Of a stretch of DNA of 64,000 bases, positions 40,068 through 54,773 are shown piece after piece (within the stretch, counting starts at the first letter, position 1; each line of letters begins with the position of its first letter). The translations under genes were made by a program, and so were the position numbers. This DNA is from Eledone cirrhosa. Its lineage: Eukaryota. The notes under the pieces are model-generated. The model did not search any database, had not been told where the DNA came from, and worked only from the letters and a program-made list of their open reading frames with translations. Location: NCBI GenBank assembly GCA_964016885.1, contig OZ024742.1:83638001-83702000 (forward strand), read 5' to 3'.

Positions 40068-43041
40068 GGCGAGGGTGCACATGTAATTTGCGTGCTTGAG
40101 TGGGATTACATGATTTGCTGAATGCGTGACTACGTATTCATTATGTGCGCATTTTACATTTATACATATGAGAGGAATACATAGAATATATATAGAAATA
40201 TCGAGTAACACGAAAAGGCATTGAAGAATATATTCACAATCACAAACTTCTTCCGGCTCCTCATTATCATCATCACCATCATCAGCATCAACATCTTCAA
40301 CATCATCATCACCAGCATCGGTAACAGCAAGCACTAGCAGTAGTGAAAACAGTAGTAACAACATTCACAGAAGCGATTCGTTCGTAGCACTGTCATTTTT
40401 GTCGCATGAGCGCTAAAGTTATTCAATTAAATCATGCACCGGCAAACAATGGAGACATCTAATTAATAGCTTATCACAGTTTGCATCTGCTTGTTAGGAT
40501 CACAGAAGGACATAACAGAACATGACTTGGTGGAGTGGGAGAAAATTATAGTTATTTACCAAGTACGTAAGATTCTCTTACCGACTTCCTTTTCAACCAT
40601 CTCAAAACCATCCAACTACAATTCTTTTTCCTGTTGATTTTACTGCTCTCGTCTATGCCATATTAAACTGTTCTTGTTAGAGTGCCAGAAAAATGCCTTT
40701 CAATACTTCTTTGGGCTCTATAACTTCTGAGTTCAATTCTTGATGTGCTCAACGTTGCTGTTCAGCCTTCCGGTATTGATAAAATATAGTATCAATCAAG
40801 TAATAGAGTCGATTTAATCAAATTTTCCTTTTCCTAACATTGTTGGTCTTGCGCCTAAATTAGAAATCATTATATTTTTTAAATCATATCATAGACTTCT
40901 ATATTCCTGGAGTGTGTGCGGCATTGTGTTTTGGAGATGTAGAGTCGTGCTTCACACAGGATTTGATTTATTTATTTTCTCACGGAGATTATTTGCAATG
41001 TGATCTGAGATATTTTGGGGTTATGTGTTATGTGTTCTATATTTCAATCTCAGACGGTGATTGTGATTGTTATTAGTTGTAGCTCTGTAGAATTGGAATT
41101 GTCTATGTTCTTGATGTTATAGTGACGGCTCTTGGTTATGTGGGAATGTTTGTTGATCGTTTAGAGTATGTGCTGTGTGAGTTGTGCTGTTTTAGTTCGT
41201 AGTTATTGTATAAGTGAAGGCGCGTAGCTTAGTAGTTAGAGATTGGATATACAATCGGGAGTTTGCGTGTTCGATTACCGGAGCGGTCGAGACGTTATGT
41301 CCTTGAGCAGGAGTTGCCATCGGTAGATACTATCAGCAATGGAAAGCAATATAGAAACCTTGTCTCCTTGGTTCGATTTGACTAGCTCCGCCCCACTCGG
41401 TAAGCGAATGACGTCTGGGATCTTGTCGATCGTCTTCCTCTCCTCTTCTTTCTATAGTATAGATTACTTGTTATGTGCTGAGAACGTACTGATTGAGTGG
41501 TGCTAGTAAATTAAAAATGTCTTGAGTAACATGTGATCTGTATTTAAAGAGCTGTATTTTATATGGATTGTCTGTAATGTTGTTCATTTATTTCCATCAC
41601 ACTTACAACTCCAGTTATTATTAGTGTTGTTTTTAATTTCATTCCCTTCACCCATTATATTTCACTTTCAAGACCCATGAATTGGATGGCCCAAAAGTCA
41701 CTAGACAATCTTATATATATAATAATTTGAAATGGACTAGTGACTTTTGGGTCACTCTGTATTTCAGCAGTGTATCCACTTCGTTTTGTGCAATGTATTG
41801 ATCATATATTGTATGTGGCTGTAGTCTTTCAGTCAGAAACAATATTGTTAACGGTTTCTTCCCCATCTTCTCACTGTGTTCACTGTTGTGGTAAATCTTT
41901 GATCTTGTTTCGCAATGAGAAGTGATTCTGCCTCAGTTTTGCGTTCTCCCCCACTCGGTCAGTGTTGCGGATTTTTCTGGTCTACTTCCAGGAAGTTCAG
42001 GTTTTCTGGTACTGGCAATTTAGGAGTTTTTCTTGCCAACGTTTTGTCATGGCATTCTATTTTTAGCATAGAGTTTAGCGTTTTCGCCACTTTGCAGTTG
42101 TGTTCGTTTTTTGTCTATCTATCTATTTTTGCCTTTCTCTCTCTCTCTCCCACCCTATCTATATATATTTGTTTCTCTCTATCTCACCCCTCTTCCGTGA
42201 TGGGCGCGTACTGATCGGTTTCTATCAGATGTGGGCGACTTTCCAGCAGCATTGTACACAACTATTCGCGACAAGCGGCTGAACGGAAACGATTGAGGAC
42301 TACTGTTTACAATTCGACGGACTACCGTGATTCTCAATAGAAGATGCGGAGGGTTGTAAAAAGATGAAAATAGCAGCTAAAATACGGGCTGCCCTAGGCC
42401 TGGCCGTCGTGCCTTAGCCTGAATACGTTTATGTATCAGCAACATGGAATTGACAAGATCCACCGATCTGGTGGTTCATCGGTCTATCAACACACGTTAG
42501 CAGAAAGCCTTGCATGCAGTGGCTGACGATACACAAACATACGCTGAGGCAGACTACGGCTTTTGCAAATATTCAAAATAAAAAGCTAACTGCTTACAAG
42601 CCAAATGAGGAATCTTTTTGGTATCGCTTGAAGGCTAGAAATAACAGTCAATCCTCCCTCATACACTGTCCATTTAAAAAAGAAAATATTGCATAATATA
42701 TTCCTACGTGCACACTGACAAATAAATTACGATGTGATCATGGCTGGAACCACTTTGAACATACTTCTGCTCGTCCAAGGTACGCCTGGTGCTAAAAAAT
42801 CGTATTACTTGGAGGACCCAACCATTGAGAGCTATAAATGCCCAACAACAATGGATAATTCCAATTATAGAATGCAGAGTATATGTTGGTAGTGTTGGTG
42901 ACCAGTCTTTCACGTAGTATAATGAAGAGGCAAATTGGTGTCTCCGGAGATTGCTTCCCTTCTTCAACTCCAAACTTAAAACCGAAAACTAAATATTACA
43001 AATAATTAACTCCGGCGAAGACATCATTATTAGTTAGCAAA

Positions 43042-43219
43042 GGGCGTGGATTGCCAGTATCGGTAGAAGGTCGGACGCCATGCTTTGCAGTATGGCCTTT
43101 ATGATGTGAGTTCAAATCCCGCCGAGATTAACTTTGCTTTTCATCCTTACGATGTCGATAAAATAAAGTACCAGTAATGCACTGGGATAATTGCTGGCCT
43201 TGTGCCAAAAGAAGAAAAA
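43042..43219 (+). mobile_element. tRNA-derived SINE (same family as 28489)
   Basis: Aligns to 28489-28675; 16-bp TSD attattagttagcaaa. Confidence 0.9.
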
Positions 43220-43735
43220 ATTATTAGTTAGCAAAACAGCATAAATATGCTAATTCGATCTGCCAGAAATAGCAGTCTAATTAATATCCCCCGAATCACA
43301 CACTTCCAGCTTAATAAAATATACAAACTGTATAATATAACCCGGGATAAACTATTAGGTCAGGGCCAGATTCGACCTAACAGCAATAACAACGACAAGA
43401 TGTCAGTAAGAATATCAGGGACTGATATGTGCAAAAGTTAGAAATAGTGAAACAAATAAACTCATTTACATTTTATTAATAAAAAGTATTTGAGTGTGTG
43501 CGTATATGTGTATGTGAGTTATTTGTATGTGTGTGCTAATAATATTAATACGTACGTCTGTGTATGTGCTTATATAAAATTGAGAGTGTGTATCTATGAT
43601 CATGTAAATATATATATATATTAAAATAACAGATTAAAGTTTAAGCAAAGAATCGCTTCTTTCACCCTTAACGGGATCTTCTGAAACAGTTTCAGAGGAA
43701 TCGCTGCTTTCACCCTTAACGGGATCTTCTGAAAC

Positions 43736-43786
43736 AGTTTCAGAAGATCCCGTTAAGGGTGAAAGAAGCGATTCTTTGCTTAAACT
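43736..43786 (+). ncRNA. Variant hammerhead motif (U4A) in fold-back element 43619-43804
   Basis: agttt-CAGAAGA-tcccgttaagggt-GAAA-g(a/c)a..tgc-TT-aaact; core differs from CUGANGA at one position. Confidence 0.5.
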
Positions 43787-43915
43787 TTAATCTGTTATTT
43801 TAATAAATATTTGCTCTACGGTTCTTATATATTTGATATATATTTATCCTTATCGAGCCCTCTTTGGATTTTAGTCTTCAAATTTATTATTATTACTATA
43901 TATATATATGCGTGT

Positions 43916-43988
<73 letters not shown>

Positions 43989-45699
43989 CGTGTGTGTGTG
44001 CGTGCGCGCACGCGTGTGTGTGTGTCTGTGTGTGTGTGTGGGTGTGGGTGGGTGTGGGTGGGTGTGGGTGTGTGTGTGTGTGTGTGTGTCACACGAATAG
44101 TTTTCCTCTTCGCCAGATTCATAACGTAGTTGTATAAAAAAGATGCAAACCTCAACGATTACTGCACATAGATACAGTCTGCTAGGTGAACTAATTTATT
44201 TAAAGAGTACGTAAAGTAAAAACACTATTCCGCTTTGTGAATACATTATTTCCATCTTACATTTTTTTTGTTTTCTTTTGTTTTTCCACCATTGCTAGCA
44301 ACTACGAATTGGAAATAACATTAGATTATTCCATATATGTGTCTGTGTGTGCGTATGTATGTATGAATGTTTGTAAGTATGTATGTATGTATGTATGTAT
44401 GTATGTATGTATGTATGTATGTATGTATGTATGTATGTATGTATGTATGTATGTATGTATGTGCAGACAGGTACAGACAGGTACAGACAGAGAAACAATG
44501 TAATTGATGTGGAAATGTTTGCCCATATTGCTCATATGTCTCTTAGACACAACTGATCACCAATTAGTTCAGAAGCACTATAATCTTGTACCGTGTCAAA
44601 GCTTATTAGTTATACATTTCAGTTTCATCTATGAAATTCAATATTAATTGCTGTTTTGTCGTCGTCGCTGTGGTTATTGTTGCTGTTTGTTGTTATTTTA
44701 TTTTCCTCGATGAAAACTTCTATACAGTTCTATACAGAAAGAATAACTGAAGAAACCGTTGAAGTATTGAGGACATGATTCGAAAGTTTTTACAAGTAAG
44801 GTTTCGTTTTCAATGATTTTTGTTGCGTGTCTCGTTTCTGATGTTATAGAGAACAAGAAGGAGGTTTTGCATCTAGAAAACCGGATTGTTTGTTCAGCTA
44901 CGTTTTGGCAGGATATTACAGAAACTGGCAGTATAACGGGAAAATTCAAATTTTTATGAGCCACGTGTAGTGTCGTAGCTCAGCTTAATGACGAGTCTAA
45001 GGTATTGGCGATGCTTTTATAAAAGAGGCTGGTGCTTTTGTCTGTAGTTTAGCCGCAAAAGGGCCAAAGTATGCGATACCGAACTGATCTAGCCACAATA
45101 ACTTGAAGCAAAACGCAGAAGCAAAACGCGGCAACAATGCCATAATTCATTATGGGTGTGATTTATTTCTGGATCTATTTTCGTATTTTGTTTAATGTAT
45201 AATTTGTCTGTTGTGTTATTTTTTGGAGCAGTGTCTATTTCGAATGTGCTGTGTCATTGATGGTGTCTTATTGTTAGCTTTTAGTGTAGAATATGTGCTG
45301 TGTCGTTTTTTGTAATATTTGATTTTAGACGTGTGAAATGGAAGTTATGAAAGTTGTTGGTGTTATATTAACGGGTGCCGTTTATGTAAATCATGCAACG
45401 TTTATGAGCTGTGTTAAATTGTATGCAGTGCACTTACTATTTGCAGTGAGTGCACATGAGTTTTACTACTGTGTTGTCAATTTTGGGTTCGACTATGGGC
45501 TGTAAAACTCAGGGCTTTTTTTTTATATATATATGCGTAACGTTGTGAACTCTGATTTGTCTCCATAGTTAACGTTCCAATCATACTTTTCTTATTCACG
45601 TATCACATCCTGTATATTTCACTTTAATGATTAATATATTTTGACAAGTTTTCTATAGTCCTTGGAGCTATATTTTCATTGCTCTTGGAGCTATATTTT

Positions 45700-46160
45700 G
45701 TGAAGATGTTTTTTGTTCCAGTTCTTGATCCTTATATCTTGAGATTTTGTTTTCAATGTTCTCCTTTTCAGTTAGGACAGAAATGTTCCCGGTAATAATC
45801 CCCAGCTCGACATCATGAACCACGTTTGGCATATTTTAATACCACTTCTTTTCTAATTTTACATCAAAATGTCAATATATTGCCGAGGACACAGTTGGCG
45901 ACTCGGTCGTGTTAATGAACATATACGGACTTGACAAGTACTAGACAGTCAGAGATAATACGTCCAGCCGTCTTATTGTACTGTTTGCATAGTCAGTACT
46001 TGATGTTAGCATCATTTTTCGTTATGTTGTTATTGTAGTTCCTTTTGATGAAGCATTCGTCTTGTGCAGCTAAAACCAGATCCTTCTCTTTCTGCTCTTA
46101 GATCTGGGATTTTTTGCTATCGTTAGCTTTCGTTCTAATTTACTTCCTCTCCATCGAAAT
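45700..46160 (-). mobile_element. Dong/R4-clade LINE fragment (zinc-finger region)
   Basis: Minus strand LVLAAQDE, a decayed CxxC zinc-finger segment and HDRVAN. Confidence 0.55.
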
Positions 46161-46475
46161 TTGCGAGCTACTGGCTATATAATAGTTTTATCTCTCTATT
46201 TATCTTGAGTATATTTTAGAAATCCATTTTAATTTTGACTTTTTTTAACTTTATGATTATTTTATTATGAGTATATTTTATTATAAGTATATTTTACGCA
46301 GTTAGCTTTTAGTTTGCATTTTATCTTTCACGTATGTATAGAGAAAATATGTCTTAGATTTTTTTTTTTTAACTTACCAATTTACGTTTGGTGTTTCTTT
46401 ATTATAATCTAGCTGCACTGCTGTTATATTGTGATAGTTTTCTATCTGTATCAGACACTTGCTTCCTGTTATATT

Positions 46476-46541
<66 letters not shown>

Positions 46542-46646
46542 CATTTATATCAGTATTGATGCGGTATGTGTTTCTATCTAAGCGCTTCAACTCACTTAAC
46601 TTCAGATTTATAATCTGTAATTGATAACTGGGGTGTCTAATGTATA

Positions 46647-46727
<81 letters not shown>

Positions 46728-46854
46728 AGATCAAAAGATGGTTAAAAGAGTTCCAAGTATTTTATTATGCGCATTTCAAAAACAAATATCATCATGAGAT
46801 GATATCTGCGTTCTCATCAGATAAGTGTTTTTTAAGCTTCATATCATATCTCCC

Positions 46855-46925
46855 TATTTTATCTGATGAGAACGCAGATATCATCCCATGATGATATTTG
46901 TTTTTGAAATGCGCATAATAAAATA
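46855..46925 (+). ncRNA. Type I hammerhead ribozyme, intact core
   Basis: tattttat-CTGATGA-long stem II-GAAA-tgcgca-TA-ataaaata; 8-bp stem I; palindromic stem III; inverted copy at 46758-46824. Confidence 0.88.
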
Positions 46926-47044
46926 CTTGGAACTCTTTTAACCATCTTTTGATCTTATATTATTTATACTCCAGTCATACAAACTGTAGAGTGGTACTTA
47001 TCCGATATTTGCATTGCTTTATTGTGCTACAATAAAACTCACCT

Positions 47045-47128
<84 letters not shown>

Positions 47129-47544
47129 TATATATATATATATATTTATAAATATATTCAATTGAGGAAAGTTGGTTGATCAGATAACCCATCGACTTTG
47201 GTCGTAAACAGACGTAAAGCACTCTACTACTTGCATTCCATAAAGTATTATCAATGTGCTATCAGAGTGTCAATATTATAAAGAAGATAAACGGTTTTAA
47301 ATTTTCATTCTGTGTTTATTATAAATTTTCATTCTGTGTTTATTATACCTATTTCGAAGACGTCAAGTTGACTGCACAGTAACCCTTTGCTGTTTTCTCT
47401 TTAGATAGGTGTAAAGTTGTGGTGTTTTTCTTCTTGATATGCTACATATAAAACCGTCTCTCTTCTTTATAATAATAATATATATATATATATATATCAT
47501 TCAAAATGTTATCAAATGAAAAATATTCTAATAATCAAAATATA

Positions 47545-47610
47545 TACTTTATTATATATATTTCAAAGGTACTGTGTTTTTTTTTCAGTACGTCCTCATC
47601 AGATAAAATA
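47545..47610 (-). ncRNA. Type I hammerhead ribozyme, intact core
   Basis: tattttat-CTGATGA-ggacgtactg..cagtaccttt-GAAA-tatata-TA-ataaagta. Confidence 0.82.
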
Positions 47611-47866
47611 TATGATTTGATATATGACATACCTCTACGGTCTTGATTATTCAATTCCAGTATTGCCAATACTGGAATTGAATAATCATATAAATATATA
47701 TATATCTGCCGAGAATAAGTAAGTGACATAGTCACTACTCCAAACCTCATAGCGAATGGTCTTCAAAATGTTTTTAATTAAACATACAGTATATTGTCAA
47801 ATATACCATACATATATATATATACAATATATTAACAAATGGAAACTATATTTATAAAACCATATT

Positions 47867-47932
47867 TATTTCATTATACATATTTCAAGGGCCACCAAGG
47901 CAAACTATGGTGCGCTTTCATCAGATAAAATA
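47867..47932 (-). ncRNA. Type I hammerhead ribozyme, intact core
   Basis: tattttat-CTGATGA-aagcgcacca..tggtggccctt-GAAA-tatgta-TA-atgaaata. Confidence 0.8.
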
Positions 47933-48079
47933 TAATATAGGTTAGTTTTATAAATAAATATTGACATACCCTGAAAAAATGCAACCATTCTGGTCGGAAT
48001 CTCCTGGATTTTTTGAGTGCTTTATATCAGTTATAAAAATATTTTGCTTGTTGTATCCAAACAAATTAAATATAACCTC

Positions 48080-48169
<90 letters not shown>

Positions 48170-48329
48170 TCTCTAGTGTTGGTGCCTGTGTCTACGTTAA
48201 TATTTTACTTAAAATTTAATATGCACGAAGATGATAATATACACTACCTTTATGAATATCGGAAGGCAATGTGCGACTAATTTTTCCTGTTATAAATGAT
48301 CTTTGAAGGTCATTGCTTTCAATTATAAT

Positions 48330-48512
48330 TGTTTCTACTTTTGGCACAAGGCCAGCAATTATCCCAGTACATTACCGGTACTTTATTTTATCGACCCCGT
48401 AAGGATGAAAGGCAAAATTAACCTCGGCGGGATTTGAACTCAGATCGTAAAGGGACGTAACTATGCTGGAAAGCATGTCCGACCCTCTACCGATACTGCC
48501 AATTCACCGCCC
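48330..48512 (-). mobile_element. tRNA-derived SINE (same family as 28489)
   Basis: Reverse complement of the 28489 SINE; TSD-like ctttcaattataat on both sides. Confidence 0.9.
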
Positions 48513-48555
48513 TAATTTCTTTCAATTATAATGTCAGATGGAATACGAAATGGAT

Positions 48556-49090
48556 AGGGGCGCTGAAATGTTCATAAGCTGACTATGAAGGAATGATGCT
48601 AGCGTTGTTACAAACATTGCATCAGTAATTTCAACTCTTCTAATTAATAACAGCATTGTTTCTTTCCAGGGACTATGCTGAAAATAAACCTCATTGGTCA
48701 TTCCACGAGGTTATCTTGGTCAGCCTATTAACTTTTCAGCCGACCCTTGTATACTTGGAAACTCCAGACAATACAGAATGACAGTGAATGACTAATATTT
48801 AAACATTCAAATCAACCAAATGTCTACCTAACTTCCTAATCCGGAATACTCGAAAATTGTAAACAGGAAGGAAAATATGTCCTGAGATCTTGATGGAAAT
48901 TACAAGTCTTGGCCGAAAACTTCATAGGTTGAGTATGAAGGAGTGATGCAGGAATTGTCAACATGCATAAATTTGAACTCTTATTAATAACAACATTGTT
49001 TCTTTCCAAGACTATGTTGAAAAATAAACCTGATTTGGTCGTTCCATGAGCCTATCTTTGTCAGAATATGAACTTTCCAGCCGTCCCTTG
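48556..49090. mobile_element. Two mariner-type MITE copies (48556-48749 and 48903-49090)
   Basis: Share TIRs and the internal motif cattgtttctttcca.g.actatg with the 32576 copy. Confidence 0.7.
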
Positions 49091-49673
49091 TGCCATGAAG
49101 ATTCAAACCCCCGACAAACCCACCTTGGTACCTACAAAACGATAAATACCTCAATATCAATATTGTATCATAACATATAACCCCTAATTTTACACATCAA
49201 CAAGTTATATTTCTTTAGCCCCTCAAACTTCAGACACTTTTCCCATTCCGTTTCAAGCTTCTATACCTCTATATACTTATCTTTTCATCTATCTTTTAAT
49301 ATAGTTAGAATTTTGTCTTACGTAGCGGATGATATCTCTTGGGTGGACAATCATTCTTCTCATTAATTGAATTCTTCCCTTATTGCCATTTTCGCTCCTA
49401 TAATACCCAGAAAACATCAAACATTTCCCATACATATGTCTCTTTGCATGTGTGGCGGGGTTGTATTTAAGTATATGTGCTTTGTGTCTTTGAATGTTTG
49501 TGTGGGCATGTATATATATATGTGTGTGTGTGCATGTGTGTATATATATATATACGTGAGTTGTGCGTGTGTTTGTGTGTGTATGTATGTTGTGTGTGTG
49601 CGTGTTTGTGCGTGTCTGTGTGTGTGTGTGTGTATGAGTTTGTGGGCATGCGTGTGTGCGACCGTGCATGTGT

Positions 49674-49817
<144 letters not shown>

Positions 49818-50193
49818 TATTTGTGTGTGTGTTTGTGTACTTATCAGACCCGAAGTCAAAGCAAAATGAATCTCAGAACATCTATGCTAATAAATTACGT
49901 ATCTCACTACGCTATGTATGTTCTTGCGTGTATTTTAATACATAATTCAAAATACAAGTGAGTAATATATGTGCATGTGTTAAGTTTACTTATGATCTTC
50001 CAGTTTATATATGTATGTGTTTTATAATTTTTCGAAATATATCAAATTAAATTAATATAAATATTTCAAATACTCAGCTTATGATCTTTTATTAAATTAT
50101 AAAATGATTAATTAAATTCAATTATTTCTATCAAATACAATGATACACACGCACGCACGCACACACACACACTACACTCTCTCTCTCTCTCTC

Positions 50194-50252
<59 letters not shown>

Positions 50253-53200
50253 CACACACGTATATATATGCGTGTGTGTGTGTATGTGTGTGTATGTGTG
50301 TATGTGTGTGTATCAATTTTCGAATATTTACGACACAGGAATATAATGTCCTCAAAGGATCTATAAACAAAGAAATAAAGCAATATACAACAATCATGAG
50401 AGAAATAAGGTGAAATGTCAATATTTAAACAATCACATTTAATCAATGAGTTGTCAATTGGTTTAATAATAATCTTGCGTCATACTTAACTATAGATATA
50501 CGTTCCAATCTTACTTAGTGTTCACTCTTACCTTCCTCTTTTTCTGTTTATCTATGAATGGTTTTCTTTACAGTTAACTTAGCAAATGATAGTTGTCGAG
50601 CATTCTTTGCTTTATTGTTTTTTATTGTAGCACAGAAACTTAAATACTGTATAACTTCAGAATATATCCCATTGCTACATATCTCATTGACTATAAATTT
50701 GGTTGATCTAAATGCTATAAAGATTGATTCTGCTACAAATCTGCTATATATTGAATGCTGGTTTATCTTTGTCATAGCAGCGAATTGGTAAGGTTGTTAG
50801 AACCTCGGATAGAATGCTTTGCGATATTCGTTTCCGCTCAGGAGTTACGGGACCAAGCAAGCACATCTGTGTGAGATGAAAATGACATCTGTGTCAGATG
50901 GAAGAGAAAAATAATGTTGTGAAATCTCCATATATTTCCTGAAACAAATAATACTGCCTGAAGACAGAAAAAAATCAAATAGGTTTAACAAGGGTAATGT
51001 TTAATGGACTTGGTTTAAGTAATAATTTTTGCTGAACCATGAGCATGATATAGGGCACAATATCAGAATGATCTCGCACTCCTACTTATCCCTTGTTTCT
51101 TTATTTCTATTTTTATTTATGTTATTTAAATTTTTGAGGGGAACGTGCTGTTTCGTGATGTATTTCTTCGCCAGAAAAATCATTTTTCCCACTCAAAGGT
51201 TGAATTTTGCTTAGTTAACACTGTATGTATGCAATGGCATTATCCCATTATATGTTGGGGACATTTCACTCTTTATATCCTGTTTTTAATAATGGCGACA
51301 AACATTTGGCTACTTTTGCTTCTCGTGAAACTAACTGTTCTTTTTATCAGTAACATTGTGTTTTTTCTCACACTTTCTTTCACGTGACAATAGTTTTACC
51401 ATGCTTTTTTTAAATATATTTCAAAGTTAGAGATAGTTTGTGATGAATATTAACCAAGATAGACATTAAGTGTTACAACGATCTTTTATTTTATCTTTTG
51501 TTCCAGAGAATTGTCTCTCCTTTTGTGGTTCACCGTTGAGTAAATTGAGAATCGTTTCTGTGACATCCAGCTGAAATTTTCTTCACTTTCTTTATTTCCA
51601 TAGAAACCTTATTGAGGATAGCACGCTTTAATCTCATTGCTCTTAGCCAGAACCATAGTGACTTCGAAAGAGTTGAGTAAACGAAGGCATATCACATAAA
51701 AGAAAAACACCAGGAAACAGACAAGGATTTATAGAAATAAATTATAAGAAATAGAACTGGATATATATTCTGATGAAATTTATTTAGAAACGCTGGATTT
51801 GTGATTATGTACAGTTTCTATCAATTACATTTCACTTATGCCAGTTACTACATGGGACAATGGTATATTACACTTATCCAAGATGATATGCGAAGAGAAT
51901 GAATCCAAAATACAATGGTTGTAGAGCGAACCTCTTTTGCATTTCAACTCTGCTATGTCCTAACCGATAGAGATAGATAAAAGATACTAATGGGAACAAC
52001 TAAGGCATTTTATAATTATATAGTTAATTTATAGATTGAAAGTTTATAGTCAATTGAATCACTCCCAATATCTAGCTTATTGTACCCACTTTTGATGCAT
52101 GGAAGTCTTCAAATGTATGCCAAATGATATGAACGCTGAGCATAAAAGGTTGAAACTAAATAACTTTAGACATTTATTTTCAGATATATACATTTAGATG
52201 TAGTTATTATCAAGCACATAGATATGATGGTAAGAATGTAGGTAACATGGTATATAGCAGAGAACAAATTCCCATTTGGGATCCAATGAAATTGTCAAGC
52301 TCCCTTGATAATCACGTGCATAATTAACACGTAAATAAGACGGCTATTGCTCCAATCAGTCCGCAAACACTCAGAAAATACCCTAAACCGAATGCAAACC
52401 GCATTCATGACTCCTGCCAAACCAAACTCCACTCACCCTCCAAATTAGGCAAACCAAACGCAAGCTACCCACCTTCCTAAACTCGGAATACGTAACTGAA
52501 CCGCAACAGCCACCAAATGAGGAAGACAAACGTTATCAAGCTACAGCTGTTATGTTACGTGGTTTCTATACGATGAAGCCAAAAAGCTATTTTTATAGAT
52601 GATTTAATCCCTAAAGCCATTATTGTTATCTAAGTTGAGGTTCTGAAGTAGATAAATAAAGTATAAACAAAATGAGAAAACTCTATGAATTAAAAACGCA
52701 GACATGAATTATTGAAGGCTCGAATAGCCGCGAACTCATATACATGAAACGAAACAATATACAGCTAAAGACAAGCAGTATTTTAGTATCTGGTCGTTTC
52801 ATTGAGACACTTTAGAATATTTATTCAAAGCTATCTATTTGAACTGATGCTATTCGCTCTGTAATTCTTTCTCCAAATGTTGTATGGATAACGCTTCAAG
52901 CAGGTATTGTTAGAATGACACAGACACGTTGACAAAGGATGAAATTAAACAAACAAAAGAAGCAAACATCTCTCGCAATAGTTTCAATCCCAGAAAGGAA
53001 AGACCTTTCCGGATTTCAAACAAGACTATCATTTCCTCATTCTCTTCGTACAACTCAACGATCTATTCTCTTGGTTGCTGCCATTCTTTATCTTCATTCT
53101 TCTTTATGGGCATCGTTCATTCATTTTTTTTTCCAATCGTGAGGTAAATTTATTATATTGACTGTCAATTTCAACAACCAAACGAAAATACACTTCTGAT

Positions 53201-53315
53201 CTTCGACTATGCAAATGATGGTGAATAGGAAAATTGAAGCATTGGACATCGAAATACATATGCACTACACACATACAAACATACATGCGCGCACAGATAC
53301 ACACACACATACATT

Positions 53316-53377
<62 letters not shown>

Positions 53378-53844
53378 GGAATACTGTTGGCTGCTTGCTA
53401 CAATAATTTCTATACTTTTCATTTATATATATATATATATATATGTATGTATATATATGTACATGTGTATATATATATATATACACACACATATATGTAT
53501 GTGTGTGTGTGTGTGTACATATACACACACATATATGTGTGTGTGTGTGTGTGCATTAGTCTGTGGTCTATCGGCATGTGAGTATGAATGTATATATGTA
53601 TGTGTGTATGTATGATTGTGTGATTGTATTATGTGTGTATATATATTCTTACACACACATATATATGTATATATGTGTGTGTGTGTTTGTGTCTGTGTGA
53701 GTGTGAGTGTCTGTGTCTGTGTGCCTGTGTGTGTATGTGTGTGTGCCTGTGTGCGTGTGTGTGTGCCTGTGTGTGCGTGTGTGTGTGTGTCTGTGTGTGT
53801 TTGTGTATGCGTGTGTATGTGTCTGTGTTTGTCTGTGTGTCTGT

Positions 53845-53937
<93 letters not shown>

Positions 53938-54480
53938 CATGGGTGAATGACTATGTCCTCATTGTCAGCAAGTTATTGCGTTTTCGTAACTTGGATTCCG
54001 GAAGGATTAACGTCTGTCTCCAAAATGCCAGCTGCTGGGCATGTAAACAAAGATATATTTCAACGTGGAAAGTCTTACAATCTTGTATTTCATAACTATC
54101 ATGAAAGCACGTTTTATAACCGATATATGTACTGTTGTTGTTTCTGTTTTGTTTTTGTTTTGTTTTTTTTTCGTCTTTTCATTTCGTTTTTATTCTTGGA
54201 GCTAAGCAGCCTGGATAGAAGCGAAGTTAGATGGAGAGTAACAAATTTGTCAACTATACGTAATAGCATTTGATACAAGAGAAAAGAAGAAAAAATATAT
54301 TACAAACAAGAAGCAACAGCAATATAGAATGTAAATCTTCAAGAGGAGAGATTTAAGTGTTTGTGTTAGGATAGAGAAAAAAATATTTACATAATAAAAG
54401 CACCTTCTTACCTACTTTCTTACCATCATAGCTATGTGTCTCCCAATAAATCTATCAGTGTATATCTAACAAATTTTAAA

Positions 54481-54539
<59 letters not shown>

Positions 54540-54695
54540 ATATTTCGGGAGGGTCATATTGTTATAATATTGCCAGAAATAATAAAGCACACTCACTGTT
54601 TGGTTTGGAATGGTTTTCGCTTCAATATATTTTATATCCCTATAGTTAATTTAGCTGGCAATCAATGTTTATCATTGATTGACCAACGGTTAAAA

Positions 54696-54726
<31 letters not shown>

Positions 54727-54729
54727 GAC

Positions 54730-54773
54730 TATCAAAGTTCTTTCATCACACACCTGTGACATCATCAGTGGTA
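54730..54773 (-). ncRNA. Hammerhead-like motif at the end of a (TA)n-flanked element
   Basis: tacca-CTGATGA-tgtcaca ggtg tgtgat-GAAA-gaac-TT-tgata; homologous to 13899-13942. Confidence 0.55.

Noticed and set aside
40002-40364. ORF with apparent signal peptide and acidic tract
   Set aside because: Derived from degenerate CAT/CAG triplet repeats and runs into a microsatellite
41219-41310. tRNA-like sequence (another at 56010-56087, minus strand)
   Set aside because: No complete cloverleaf; followed by SINE body sequence, so these are decayed SINE heads
51770-51800. CTGATGA...GAAA hammerhead-like core
   Set aside because: No stem I or stem III complement and no NUH site
52939-53148. Possible host exon with a hydrophobic stretch followed by a GAG|GTAAAT donor
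   Set aside because: In-frame stop before the donor, no recognisable homology and no partner exons; needs RNA-seq
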